In this document: in pieces, positions 7,569-17,897 of the stretch
How positions within the stretch are numbered: the stretch's first letter is position 1
Layout: each line of letters starts with the position of its first letter
NCBI GenBank assembly: GCA_963781285.1
Contig: CAWAFI010000025.1
Span: 36,296-100,295 of the forward strand
Source of the DNA: an uncultured beta proteobacterium
GTDB taxonomy: Bacteria > Pseudomonadota > Gammaproteobacteria > Burkholderiales > Casimicrobiaceae
DNA length: 64,000 bases
Direction: 5' to 3'
Program-made: the position numbers and the translations under genes
The notes under the pieces: model-generated
What the model was told of the DNA's origin: nothing
What the model saw: the letters and a program-made list of their open reading frames with translations, nothing else
Database searches by the model: none

Positions 7569-10307
7569 ATGCAAGCCGCGCGTCCTCCGCATCGCCCGAT
7601 GCCATCATCCGCTGGCCCGTTCGAAGACGCGTTCGTTTCGGGCGCGACCGTCGTCACTCCGAACCGCCGCCTCGCGCGAGCGCTCGTGGCGCGCCACGAC
7701 GAAGCGCAGCGCGCGGCAGGACTCGCGGTCTGGCCGGCGGCGAGGGCGCTGCCGTGGGACGCCTGGCTCACGACGCTGTGGCAGCAGGCGCTCGAGGCGG
7801 ACATCGTCCCGGACGGCGCGAGGTTGCGGACGCCAGTCCAGGCCGCGCACGCATGGAATCGGATCGTCGCCGCGAATGCGGCTCCACTGATCGATGCGCG
7901 CGGGGCGGCCGTGCTTGCTGCCGACGCATGGTCGATCGTCCACGCCTGGGGCGCAAGCGGCGAGAGTTGGCGGGCATGGGCGGGTAGCGGCGATGTCGAC
8001 GACGATGCGTCGGCATTCGCGCGCTGGGCCGCGCGCTACGCCGCCGCGCTCGCCGCCAGCAGCAGCATCGATCCGGCGCAGCTTCCCGACCGGCTAGCCG
8101 CGTGGGCGACGCGTATTGCTGCTTTGCGCGGAGCGAGATTCGTGCTCGCCGGATTCATCGAGTTTTCGCCCCAGCAGGAGCGCCTGATCGCGGCCCTCGT
8201 TGCGGCGGGTGCGCACATCGCACGGGAAGACACGCTGCCTGCGAAACCAGGGCTAGCGCGCCTCGCATGCGGGGCGACACCGAGGGACGAGCTCGCGCTT
8301 GCACTGGCTTGGGCGCGCGATCGCGCCCTTGCGCGGCCGAGCGCGACGATCGGCATCGTCGTCGAGGACCTCGCGGGGCGCCGGGACGAAGTGCAGGCGC
8401 TCGCGGACGACATCGTGTGTCCGGCGCTGCAATGGCCAGCCGAGCTGGAGACGGCGCGCCCGTACAACCTGTCGCTCGGCACGGCATTGTCCGATGTTCC
8501 ACTGGTTGCGGCGGCGCTCGATCTCATCGGCTGGGCCGACGCACCGCTGCCAGTCGGGCGTGCCGCCGCGCTGCTGCGCTCGCCTTACGTGGCAGTCGGA
8601 CCCGATGCATGGATGCTGCGCGCACGACTCGAAGCCGATTGGCTGAAGCAGGGCCGCCGCAGCATTTCGATGCGCGGCGCGCTGGCCGCCCTGCGCGATG
8701 CCGATCAGCCGCTCGCGCAGCGATGGGCCGACGCGCGCGACCGCCACCGCGTGCCTGCGCACGGAACGCCGCGCGCGTTCGCCGAAGCATGGCGCGAATG
8801 GCTCGCGGCGCTGGGCTGGCCTGGCAGCCGCGTGCCGGGAAGCGCCGAGTATCAGGCGCGCGCCGTTTGGGACGACGCGCTGGCGACGTTCGCGACGTTG
8901 GGTTCGGTCGAGGCCGAGCTCGCGCGCGTCGACGCGCTTGCCGCGCTGCGCGCACAACTGACTGCGGCCATCTTCCAGCCGGAATCTCCGCCGGCGCCAA
9001 TCCAGATTCTCGGCGTGCTGGAGGCGGCAGGACTTCCGTTCGATGCGTTGTGGGTCGCCGGGCTTGCGGCGGAACGCTGGCCGGCGGCGCCGCAGCCCAA
9101 CCCCTTGCTCCCCATCGTTTGGCAACGTGAACGCAACGTGCCGCGCGCGTCGGCGGCGCGGGAGCTCGCGTACGCGCAGGCGCTGACCGCGCAGTTCGCG
9201 CGCGCGGCGCCGCAGGTCGTGTTCTCGTATGCACGCAGCGCGGACGATCATTCGCGTTCACCATCGTGGCTGCTGCCAGCGGCGCCGCCGCTCGCGAGCG
9301 ACGAAGTCGCGATTCCCGTCTCGACAGCGCGTGTGCAATTCGCGCTCGCAGCGTCGCGCGAGAGGATGGTCGACGACCGTGCGCCGCAGCTGCCGGCCGG
9401 AAGTCCCATGCGAGGCGGCGCGAGCCTGATCGAGGCGCAGGGCGATTGTCCGTTCAAGGCCGCCGCGACCTACCGACTCGCGGCCGAGACATGGCCGGTC
9501 CCGGTCGACGGCCTGTCGGCGCAGGAGCGCGGGACGCTCGCGCACGCCGCGCTGACGGCATTCTGGTGCGACGTGCGAACCCAGGCCGCGCTGGTAGAGC
9601 TCGCGCCCGCGACACTCGCGGCGAAAATCGCCGCCGCGGTCGAGGCGGCCATCGTCGCAATTCCTGCCGCGCGCTGGCGCAACCTGCTCCCGGTGGTAGC
9701 GGCCGGCGAGTCGGCCCGGTTGGCAACGCTCGTCGGGTCGTGGCTTCAGGCGCAGGAGCGCGACCGGCCGCCGTTCTCAGTGCTGGGTACCGAAATGACG
9801 CTGCCGCTGACGCTAGGCGGATTGTCGCTGCAATTACGGCTGGATCGCCTCGACGCGCTCGCGGACGGAGGCACCGCGATCATCGATTACAAGACCGGGC
9901 GAACGAAACCGCCGGAGGCCTGGTTCGAGCCGCGGCCGCAGGCGCCGCAGCTCGGCCTCTACGCGCTCGCGCGGCGCGCGGCGGCGCCGGCGGAGCATCT
10001 TCGCGCCGTGGCCTACGCCCAGATTCGTCCGGGCGAGTTCAAGGTGCACGGGATTGCAGCGGACAACAACGCCTGGCCCGCGCTGAAGCTTCCGTCCAGT
10101 CTCAGGAAGGTGGCGCTCGCCGATTGGTCCGCCGTCGAGGCGCGCTGGGCGGCCTCGCTCGGCGCGCTAGCCGCCGACATTGCCGCGGGGGCCGCTGCCG
10201 TGGCGCCGCGGGATGCGCGGAAGACCTGCGCGCACTGTGGCCTGCAGCCATTCTGCCGCATCGGCGCGCTCGCGATCGCGGACCGCGAACGGAACGAGGA
10301 TGAGTGA
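7569..10307 (+). CDS. addB: AddB-type PD-(D/E)XK nuclease subunit of an AddAB helicase-nuclease
   Basis: About 900 aa immediately upstream of, and overlapping, a UvrD-like helicase-nuclease. C-terminal nuclease motif IIDYKTGR. Cys cluster C...CAHCGLQPFC (Fe-S staple pattern). The N-terminus VVTPNRRLARAL lacks a Walker A. The start is uncertain (7569 or 7599). Confidence 0.75.
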   Translation: MQAARPPHRPMPSSAGPFEDAFVSGATVVTPNRRLARALVARHDEAQRAAGLAVWPAARALPWDAWLTTLWQQALEADIVPDGARLRTPVQAAHAWNRIVAANAAPLIDARGAAVLAADAWSIVHAWGASGESWRAWAGSGDVDDDASAFARWAARYAAALAASSSIDPAQLPDRLAAWATRIAALRGARFVLAGFIEFSPQQERLIAALVAAGAHIAREDTLPAKPGLARLACGATPRDELALALAWARDRALARPSATIGIVVEDLAGRRDEVQALADDIVCPALQWPAELETARPYNLSLGTALSDVPLVAAALDLIGWADAPLPVGRAAALLRSPYVAVGPDAWMLRARLEADWLKQGRRSISMRGALAALRDADQPLAQRWADARDRHRVPAHGTPRAFAEAWREWLAALGWPGSRVPGSAEYQARAVWDDALATFATLGSVEAELARVDALAALRAQLTAAIFQPESPPAPIQILGVLEAAGLPFDALWVAGLAAERWPAAPQPNPLLPIVWQRERNVPRASAARELAYAQALTAQFARAAPQVVFSYARSADDHSRSPSWLLPAAPPLASDEVAIPVSTARVQFALAASRERMVDDRAPQLPAGSPMRGGASLIEAQGDCPFKAAATYRLAAETWPVPVDGLSAQERGTLAHAALTAFWCDVRTQAALVELAPATLAAKIAAAVEAAIVAIPAARWRNLLPVVAAGESARLATLVGSWLQAQERDRPPFSVLGTEMTLPLTLGGLSLQLRLDRLDALADGGTAIIDYKTGRTKPPEAWFEPRPQAPQLGLYALARRAAAPAEHLRAVAYAQIRPGEFKVHGIAADNNAWPALKLPSSLRKVALADWSAVEARWAASLGALAADIAAGAAAVAPRDARKTCAHCGLQPFCRIGALAIADRERNEDE

Positions 10308-13300
10308 CGGACCGATGGAGTCAGCCGTGCGCGCGGCCGATGCCGCGGCGCGCGAGTGCGCTCTCGACGTCGAGCGTTCGTTCCTCGTCCAGGCACCAGC
10401 AGGATCCGGCAAGACCGAGCTCCTGATCCGGCGCTTCCTCGCGCTGCTCGCGCGCGTCGACCGGCCCGAGCGTATCGTCGCGATGACGTTCACGCGCAAG
10501 GCGGCGGGGGAGATGCGCGAGCGGATCGTCCGCGCGCTGCGCGAAGCCGAAGCGGCAAAGCCCGTGACGTCGCCACACGAAGGGCGGGTACGCGATCTGG
10601 CGTGCGCCGCGCTCGCCCAGGACAAGCGGCACGGTTGGAACCTGATCGCCCATCCGGCGCGGCTCGCCGTGCAGACGATCGATGCGTTGAGCGCAGGGCT
10701 CGCGCGGCAGGCGCCGCTGGCCACGAGGTTGGGCGCCGCGCCGCGCTTCGAGGAGCGGGCGCAAGCGCTCTATGTCGATGCGGTGCGCGACACACTGGCC
10801 GGCGCCTCCGCGGCCGATCCGGGATGGCGGACCCTGCTCGCCCATTGGGCCAACGACGCCGGCGCGACCGTGACGCTCCTGGCCGGGATGCTCGGCAAGC
10901 GGGACCAATGGCTGCGCGCGCTTTCCCACGATGACCGCGCCCGATTTCGCGCGACGCTGGAGGCGACGCTTGCCGAGGAGGTCCGCAGCGGGCTCGAGGC
11001 AATAGCCGCGGCAATCCCGCCGTCGTTCGCGGCGGCGCTGGCACCGCTGGAACGCCATGCCGCCCTGCATCTCGATGGCAGCACGCGCGCTTCGCATCTC
11101 GCGTCCGAACTTCTCGCGTGTGCCGATGCGGGCGGGCGGCCGCCGGCAACGGTTGCGGCGCTGAATCAATGGCGCGCACTGGCGTCGTGGCTGCTCGTCG
11201 CGAACCATGCGCGATTCCGCGCGAAGGTCGACAAGAATGACGGCTTTCCGTCGAAAGGCACGGGGAAGGAAGCGGTCAAGCGGCAGCGAATGAATACGGA
11301 CATGAAGGAGCTGCTGGGCACTCTCGAAGCCGTGCCAGGGCTCGCGGAAGCGCTCGACGCGGCACGCCGTCTGCCGACAGCGCAGTATATGGACGAGACG
11401 TGGGCGATCGTGTCCGCGCTGCTCGATGTGCTGCCGCGGCTCGCCGCGCAGCTGATGCTCACGTTCGGTGGCGCCGGCGCAATCGACTTCACGCAGGGGA
11501 CGATGGCCGCATTGTCTGCGCTCGGCAGCGAGGACGCGCCGACCGATCTGCTGCTGAGGCTCGATCTGTGGATCGAGCATCTGCTGATCGACGAATTCCA
11601 GGACACGTCGTTCGTCCAGCTCGCCCTGATCCGGCGCCTGACGGCCGGCTGGCAACCGGGCGACGGCCGTACGTTGTTCGCCGTCGGCGATCCGATGCAG
11701 TCGATCTACCGCTTCCGCGATGCCGAAGTGCGGATCTTCGTCGAAGCGCAGGCCAAGCGGCAAGTCGGCGACGTGCCGGTCGAGAACCTCGTCCTCGCGC
11801 GCAATTTCCGTTCGCACGCCGGGCTCGTGAATTGGGTGAACGGCCTGTTTCCAGGTGTCCTTGGCAGCCACAGCGACCCGTGGCGCGGCGTGGTCGCGTT
11901 CTCGCCGGCGATCGCAGACGCGCCGGCGCTTCCGGGACGCGCGGTGACGATCGACCTGCTGCCGGACGATGCAACGGAGGCAGAATGTGTCGTCGACCAC
12001 GTCAGGTCCGCGCTGGAGCACGAAGCGCAGAGCATTGCCGTGCTCGTGCGTGCGCGCACGCACCTCGATTGCCTGCTGCCGGCGTTGCGCACGGCCGGGA
12101 TCGATTACGCCGCGGTCGAGCTCGATGCGCTCGCCGAGCGTCAGGCAGTGCTCGATCTCGTTTCGTTGACGCACGCGCTCACCCAGCCAGCCGACCGGCT
12201 CGCGTGGCTCGCGGTGCTGCGTGCGCCGTGGTGTGGACTCGCCTTGCCCGACCTTTTCGCCGTCGCGGCGGCTGCCGATGCGCATCCCTTGAGGTCGATC
12301 GCCGCCACCGTGGAAGAGGACGACGCCATTGCGGGCCTGTCCGAGGATGGCCGGGCGCGTCTTGAGCGAATCGCGCGGTACCTGCGTCCGGCGCTTGCCG
12401 CGCGCGGGCGCGCATCGCTCGCGCGCCGGGTGCGCGGCGCGTGGCTCGCATTGGGCGGCGCGGCGACGCTGGACGAGGCGCTCGACATCGATGCGGCCGA
12501 GCGCTATTTCGCGTTGTTGGCCGAGCACGAAGTCGCCGGCGACATTCCGGATTGGGCGGTCTTTGTTGCTGCCCTCGACGAACTCCGCGCCGAACCCGGT
12601 GCCGCAATCGCCGCGCGCGTGCAGGTGATGACGTTGCATCGCGCGAAAGGGCTCGAGTTCGATACGGTGATCATGCCGGGGCTCGCGCGCGCGTCGCGCC
12701 GCGGCGAACCCGAAGCGCTGCGCTGGCGGCTTCGCCCGCAGGGCCTGCTGCTGGCACCCGCGCGGGCCCGAGGCGGTGATGTCGATCCCGTCCACGCGTA
12801 TCTCGGGTACCTCGCCGACGGCGAGGAGCGCGCCGAGCTCGCGCGCCTGCTCTACGTTGGCTGCACGCGCGCCAAGTCGCGCCTGCATCTGACGGCGAAG
12901 CTCGCGAGCGAGGCTATCGCTAACGGCCCGCTCGCGTGGAAGCGGCCGGCCCCGGGATCGTCGCTGGCACGCCTCTGGGATTCGCTCGGCAATTCAGTCG
13001 CGTCGCCAGTGGCGGTCGCAGCGGCGTCGCCGGCGGTGCCGGCATCATCACGCCTGCTGGCGCGATTTCCCACCCGTTGGATGACTCCCCTTCCCGAGGC
13101 GGGGGTCCCGGTCGCGTCGCTTCCGGAAGCGCGACAGGATACGCCGCCGTTCGACTGGGCGCGCGAGACCGCAAGGCACATCGGCGTCGTCGTCCACCGC
13201 CTGTTCGCGCAGATTGCGCGCGAGGGCCCTGCCCATTGGAACGCAACGCGGCTTGCCACAACCGGCCAGCGCATCCGCATGGAGCTTGCGGGTGAGGGCG

Positions 13301-13692
13301 TCGACGCCGCGGATCTCGACGCCGCGGTGGTGCAGGTGGAGGCGGCAGTGCGCAACGTGCTGGGCGATGCGCGCGGCCGCTGGGTTTGCGCGACGGAGCA
13401 CGCGGAAGCAGCGAGCGAATGGGCGCTGGCGGGCGTCGACGGCGCAGCGATCGTGCACGTGGTCCTCGACCGCACGTTCGTCGCCGACGGCGTGCGCTGG
13501 ATCATCGACTTCAAGACTGGCAGTCACGAAGGCGCCGACGTCGAGGCTTTCCTCGCTCGCGAGGTCGAGCGCTACCGGGGCCAGCTCGAGCGCTATGGAC
13601 GGCTCGTCGCCGCTCTCGACGCGCGGCCGATCCGGCTCGCCCTCTACTACCCGCTGTTGCGTGCGTGGCGCGAATGGCCCTTTCAGGGTTGA
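10300..13692 (+). CDS. addA: AddA-type UvrD/Rep-family helicase with C-terminal PD-(D/E)XK nuclease
   Basis: Walker A APAGSGKTE. Helicase motifs IDEFQDTS, FAVGDPMQSIYRFR and VMTLHRAKGLEFD. C-terminal nuclease motif WIIDFKTG. The ATG at 10300 overlaps the addB stop (ATGAGTGA). Confidence 0.85.
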   Translation: MSDGPMESAVRAADAAARECALDVERSFLVQAPAGSGKTELLIRRFLALLARVDRPERIVAMTFTRKAAGEMRERIVRALREAEAAKPVTSPHEGRVRDLACAALAQDKRHGWNLIAHPARLAVQTIDALSAGLARQAPLATRLGAAPRFEERAQALYVDAVRDTLAGASAADPGWRTLLAHWANDAGATVTLLAGMLGKRDQWLRALSHDDRARFRATLEATLAEEVRSGLEAIAAAIPPSFAAALAPLERHAALHLDGSTRASHLASELLACADAGGRPPATVAALNQWRALASWLLVANHARFRAKVDKNDGFPSKGTGKEAVKRQRMNTDMKELLGTLEAVPGLAEALDAARRLPTAQYMDETWAIVSALLDVLPRLAAQLMLTFGGAGAIDFTQGTMAALSALGSEDAPTDLLLRLDLWIEHLLIDEFQDTSFVQLALIRRLTAGWQPGDGRTLFAVGDPMQSIYRFRDAEVRIFVEAQAKRQVGDVPVENLVLARNFRSHAGLVNWVNGLFPGVLGSHSDPWRGVVAFSPAIADAPALPGRAVTIDLLPDDATEAECVVDHVRSALEHEAQSIAVLVRARTHLDCLLPALRTAGIDYAAVELDALAERQAVLDLVSLTHALTQPADRLAWLAVLRAPWCGLALPDLFAVAAAADAHPLRSIAATVEEDDAIAGLSEDGRARLERIARYLRPALAARGRASLARRVRGAWLALGGAATLDEALDIDAAERYFALLAEHEVAGDIPDWAVFVAALDELRAEPGAAIAARVQVMTLHRAKGLEFDTVIMPGLARASRRGEPEALRWRLRPQGLLLAPARARGGDVDPVHAYLGYLADGEERAELARLLYVGCTRAKSRLHLTAKLASEAIANGPLAWKRPAPGSSLARLWDSLGNSVASPVAVAAASPAVPASSRLLARFPTRWMTPLPEAGVPVASLPEARQDTPPFDWARETARHIGVVVHRLFAQIAREGPAHWNATRLATTGQRIRMELAGEGVDAADLDAAVVQVEAAVRNVLGDARGRWVCATEHAEAASEWALAGVDGAAIVHVVLDRTFVADGVRWIIDFKTGSHEGADVEAFLAREVERYRGQLERYGRLVAALDARPIRLALYYPLLRAWREWPFQG

Positions 13693-13770
13693 CCGAGCCG
13701 TCCCCGCTTGCGGGGCACGGCGGTCCGAAATCGGCTAAAATTCATAGTTTTGTTGCGCTGAGGCAATTCC

Positions 13771-14727
13771 GTGCGGATTTTTCGCAGGCTGCCGGCGTCG
13801 GCCGACGATGGCATCGCGCTGACGATCGGCAATTTCGACGGCGTCCACCGCGGGCATCAGGCGATGCTCTCCCGGCTCACCGAAGCCGCGGAGGATCTGG
13901 CACTGCCGTCGGCCGTGTTGACGTTCGATCCGCATCCGCGCGAGTTCTTTGCCCACGAATCGGCGCCGCCGCGACTCTCGACGCTCCGCGCCAAGCTCGA
14001 GCGCTTCGCCAGCATTGGCGTCGACCGCGTGTATGTCGCGCGCTTCGACAGCCGCCTCGCGTCGCTGACGCCCGAGGCGTTCATCGACGACGTGCTGGTG
14101 CGCAGGCTCGGCACACGCTGGGTTCTGGTCGGCGAGGACTTCCGTTTTGGCAAGGGACGCAGCGGCGATATCGGGACGCTGCGCACCGCGGCGCGTACGT
14201 TCAGCGTCGAGGCAATGCGTACGGTGGCCGTCGAAGGCGAGCGCGCATCGTCAAGCGCAGTGCGTCATGCACTGGCGGCGGGCAACCTCGGGCACGCCGC
14301 GGCGATGCTCGGACGGCCGTTCGCGATCGGGGGTCGCGTCGCGCACGGAGCAAAGCTGGGCCGCAACCTGGGTTTTCCGACCGCTAACCTCCGGCTTCCG
14401 CGCAAGCCGCCGGTCAGCGGCGTATTCGCCGTACGCGTGCACGGACTAGACGCAGCGCCGCATTCGGGCGTGGCGAGCGTGGGCGTTCGCCCCACGGTCG
14501 AAGCAACCGGCGAGCCGTTGCTCGAAGTGTTCATCCTCGATTTCGACGACGTGATCTACGGTCGTCGCGTCGTCGTCGAGTTCCTGCACAAGCTGCGCGA
14601 CGAGGCACGCTACCCCGATCTCGATGCGCTGGCGCACCAGATCCGCGCCGACGTCGCGCAGGCGCGCGGCTATTTCAGCGGGCTCCGCGCGCCAACGACT
14701 CCGGAGTCGAGCCTCGCCCAACGCTAA
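13771..14727 (+). CDS. ribF: Bifunctional riboflavin kinase / FMN adenylyltransferase
   Basis: [17 protein letters not shown] and the C-terminal kinase part GFPTANL...[11 protein letters not shown] start. Conserved position upstream of ileS. Confidence 0.9.
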   Translation: MRIFRRLPASADDGIALTIGNFDGVHRGHQAMLSRLTEAAEDLALPSAVLTFDPHPREFFAHESAPPRLSTLRAKLERFASIGVDRVYVARFDSRLASLTPEAFIDDVLVRRLGTRWVLVGEDFRFGKGRSGDIGTLRTAARTFSVEAMRTVAVEGERASSSAVRHALAAGNLGHAAAMLGRPFAIGGRVAHGAKLGRNLGFPTANLRLPRKPPVSGVFAVRVHGLDAAPHSGVASVGVRPTVEATGEPLLEVFILDFDDVIYGRRVVVEFLHKLRDEARYPDLDALAHQIRADVAQARGYFSGLRAPTTPESSLAQR

Positions 14728-14770
14728 GGCGCGACCCGCCCGACGACGGCGCGCAACCTTTGACCTCCCT

Positions 14771-17630
14771 ATGCCCGACGACCCGAAAACCGATTACAAA
14801 TCGACGTTGAACTTGCCCGACACGCCGTTTCCGATGCGCGGAGACTTGGCGAAGCGCGAGCCCGGCTGGGTCAAGGATTGGCAGGAGCGCAAGATCTACG
14901 AAGCGATCCGCAAGGCGTCGGCTGGACGCCCGCGGTTCGTGCTGCACGACGGCCCGCCGTACGCGAACGCCGACATCCACATCGGCCACGCGCTCAACAA
15001 GATTCTCAAGGACCTCGTGGTCAAGAGCCGCACGATGGCGGGCTTCGACGCACCGTACGTTCCCGGCTGGGATTGCCACGGGATGCCGATCGAGGTGCAG
15101 ATCGAGAAGACTCACGGCAAGCACCTGCCGACTGCCGAGACGCAGCGGCTCGCCCGCGCCTACGCGACCACGCAGATCGCGCGGCAGAAGGTGCAGTTCC
15201 AGCGGCTCGGCGTCCTGGGCGACTGGGACCATCCGTACACAACGATGGCCTACAAGAGCGAAGCCGACGAGATCCGCACGCTGGGCCGGATCCTCGAAAA
15301 GGGCTATCTGTATCGCGGGCTGAAGCCGGTCAACTGGTGCTTCGACTGCGGCAGCGCGCTCGCCGAGGCCGAGGTCGAGTACGAGGACCGCCAGGACATC
15401 GCAATCGACGTCGGCTTTCCGCTGACCGATGCGGGCGAGCGAGAAAGACTCGCGCGCGCGTTCGGGCTTCCGAAGGCGCCCGAAGGTGCGATCGACACGG
15501 TGATCTGGACGACGACGCCCTGGACGATCCCGTCGAACCAGGCGCTGAACGTGCACCCGGAATTCATCTATGCGCTGGTCGAGACCCCGCGCGGGCATCT
15601 GGTACTGGCGGAGGACCTCGTCTTGCCGTCGCTCAAGCGCTTCAGGCTCGAAGGACGTGTCGTCGCGACGGCAAAGGGCGTGGCACTCGAGCACATCGCG
15701 TTCCGGCACCCCTTTTACGACCGGGCGGCGCCGGTCTATCTCGGCGAGTACGTGACGCTGGAACAGGGCACCGGCATCGTCCATAGCTCGCCCGCGTACG
15801 GTATCGACGACTTCGTCTCGTGCCGGCGCTACGGGATGAAGGACGAGGACATGCTGAATCCGGTGCAGGGCGACGGCACGTTCGCCGCGAACCTGCCGTA
15901 CTTCGGCGGCCAGAAGATCTGGGACGCGAACCCCAGGATCGTCGAGAAGATCCGCGAGGCGGGCAACCTTCTGCACGCCGAGAAGTTCTCGCACAGCTAC
16001 ATGCATTGCTGGCGGCACAAGACGCCGATCATCTATCGCGCGACGACGCAGTGGTTCGCCGGCATGGACGACGTGCCGGGGTATCGCGGCGTGAAGCCGG
16101 TCGAGACGTTGCGCACGACAGCGTTGCGCGGCATCGAGAACACCCGCTTCTATCCGAGCTGGGGCCAATCGCGGCTCTACGCGATGATCGCCAATCGTCC
16201 CGATTGGACGCTGTCGCGCCAGCGGACATGGGGCGTGCCGTTGACGCTGTTCGTCGATCGACAAACCGAGGAACTTCATCCCGATACGCCGGCGCTGCTC
16301 GAACTCGCCGCGAGCATGGTGGAGCGAGGCGGCATCGAGAAGTGGTTCGAGGCCACCCACGAGGACTTCGGCGTCGATCCCGCGAAGTACCGCAAGCTTA
16401 CCGACACGCTCGATGTCTGGTTCGACTCCGGCTCGACGCATCAAACGGTATTGGGAGGGCCCCGAGGGGGCGAAGACGCGCGCCGGATCGCACGCGCAGG
16501 ACACGGGCTTCCCGGCGGATCTCTACCTCGAAGGCTCCGACCAGCACCGCGGCTGGTTTCACTCGTCGCTGCTCGTCTCGTGCATGCGCAACGGCGTGCC
16601 GCCGTACAAGGCGCTCTTGACGCACGGCTTCACCGTCGACGGCGAGGGCCGCAAGATGTCGAAGTCGAAGGGCAACGTCGTCGCGCCGCAGAAGGTGTCC
16701 GACACGCTGGGCGCGGAGATCCTGCGGCTGTGGGTCGCCGCGACGGACTATTCCGGCGACCTGTCGATCTCCGACGAGATCCTGAAGCGCGTCGTCGAGA
16801 GCTACCGCCGCATCCGCAACACGCTGCGTTTCCTGCTCGCGAACACGAGCGACTTCGACCGGGCAGCGGACGCAGTCCCCGTCGCGAAGATGGTGGAGCT
16901 CGACCGCTACGCGCTTGCCAACGTGCGGGCGCTCGTCGAGGCGTGCCGCGCCGATTACGACCGCTACGAGTTCCATCTGGTTGCGCAACGCCTGCAGACG
17001 TACTGCTCGGAGGATCTCGGCGGCTTCTATCTCGACGTGCTCAAGGATCGGCTGTACACGACGGCGAAGGCCAGCCCTGCGCGGCGGTCGGCGCAAACTG
17101 CGCTCTTTCACATCCGCGACGCGCTGCTCGGCCTGATGGCGCCGATCCTCTCCTTCACCGCCGAGGAGGCGTGGCGGATCGTGCATCCCGAGGAGGCGAC
17201 GATTTTCGTGCGCACCTTTGGTGACGCGTTGCCCGACGTGCCGGATGCCGCTGCGCTCCTGGCCAAATGGCCGCGGATCCTCACGGTGCGGAGTGCCGTG
17301 CTGAAGGAGTTGGAAACGCTGCGGCAGGACGGCCGCATCGGCTCTTCACTGCAGGCGGAAGCGACGATCTCGGCGCCGGACGACGACTACGCCGCGCTCG
17401 CCACACTGGGCGATGATCTCCGGTTCGTACTGATTACGTCCGGTGCGTGGATCGAGCGCGCAGAAAGTGGCGGCGCGCTGGCCATCGCCGTCAATCCGAG
17501 CGCGCATGCCAAGTGCGAGCGCTGCTGGCACTACCGCGCCGACGTGGGCGCTGATGCCGCCCATCCGGCATTGTGCGGCCGCTGCGTGACAAACCTCTTC
17601 GGCGCCGGCGAACCGCGGCGATACGCATGA
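14771..17630 (+). pseudogene. ileS: Isoleucine--tRNA ligase; reading frame interrupted by a +1 frame change as sequenced (may be a sequencing error)
   Basis: The N-terminal 560 aa or so (HIGH-type motif [11 protein letters not shown]...[14 protein letters not shown]) read in one frame from the ATG at 14771. The rest ([25 protein letters not shown]...KMSKSKGN...C-terminal CxxC zinc motifs) reads in the next frame to the TGA at 17630. The switch must lie within 16454-16484. Confidence 0.85.
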
Positions 17631-17846
17631 GCGAGCGGGGCGAAGCCCAGGACGGCTGCGCGAGCAGGGCGGAGCCAAGGCCCGAAGGGCGCGTCTGCGA
17701 GCGCGGGTGGCGGCCGACCCCATGGTGCAACGTGGAACTGGCAACACCCCGGAGGCCGCACCGAAGGGCGCGTCCGCGAGCGATTGCGGGAGGCCGACAA
17801 TGCGGCGAATCGAAGGTCGCGGGCAGTGCGGAGGCCGAGGCATGAG
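17625..17846. repeat. REP/BIME-like intergenic repeat cluster, same family as 44561-44761 (opposite orientation)
   Basis: It begins CGCATGAGCGAGCGGGGCGAAGCC, which includes the ileS TGA. It contains two copies of CCGAAGGGCGCGTCYGCGAGCG...GGCCGAC about 80 bp apart. The reverse complement of 44711-44761 matches it (24/24 nt, then 25/26 nt after a 29-nt insertion). Confidence 0.8.
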
Positions 17847-17897
17847 TCCAATCTGGTGCCGCGCCCAATTGTCGGCGCCCCCGAACGGAAGTTCGCG

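Noticed and set aside
7621-7636. CGAAGACGCGTTCG near the addB 5' end, as a third GAAC-N4-GTTC-type operator.
   Set aside because: It has one mismatch in the conserved GAAC arm and lies inside the coding region, 20-50 nt downstream of either candidate start. It is too weak to claim without a genome-wide motif model.
13698-13720. A hairpin CCGTCCCCGCTTGCGGGGCACGG after addA, as an intrinsic terminator.
   Set aside because: The stem is short and bulged, and no T-run follows. It was left unannotated.
17625-17846. A CRISPR-like reading of the ileS-lspA repeats: a conserved module of about 46 nt alternating with variable segments of about 31 nt.
   Set aside because: There are only 2-3 units and no cas genes in the window. 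The 'repeat' is imperfect. The same family at 44.6 kb has near-identical 'spacers' containing a palindrome. Both clusters start on stop codons. This fits REP/BIME-like elements better.
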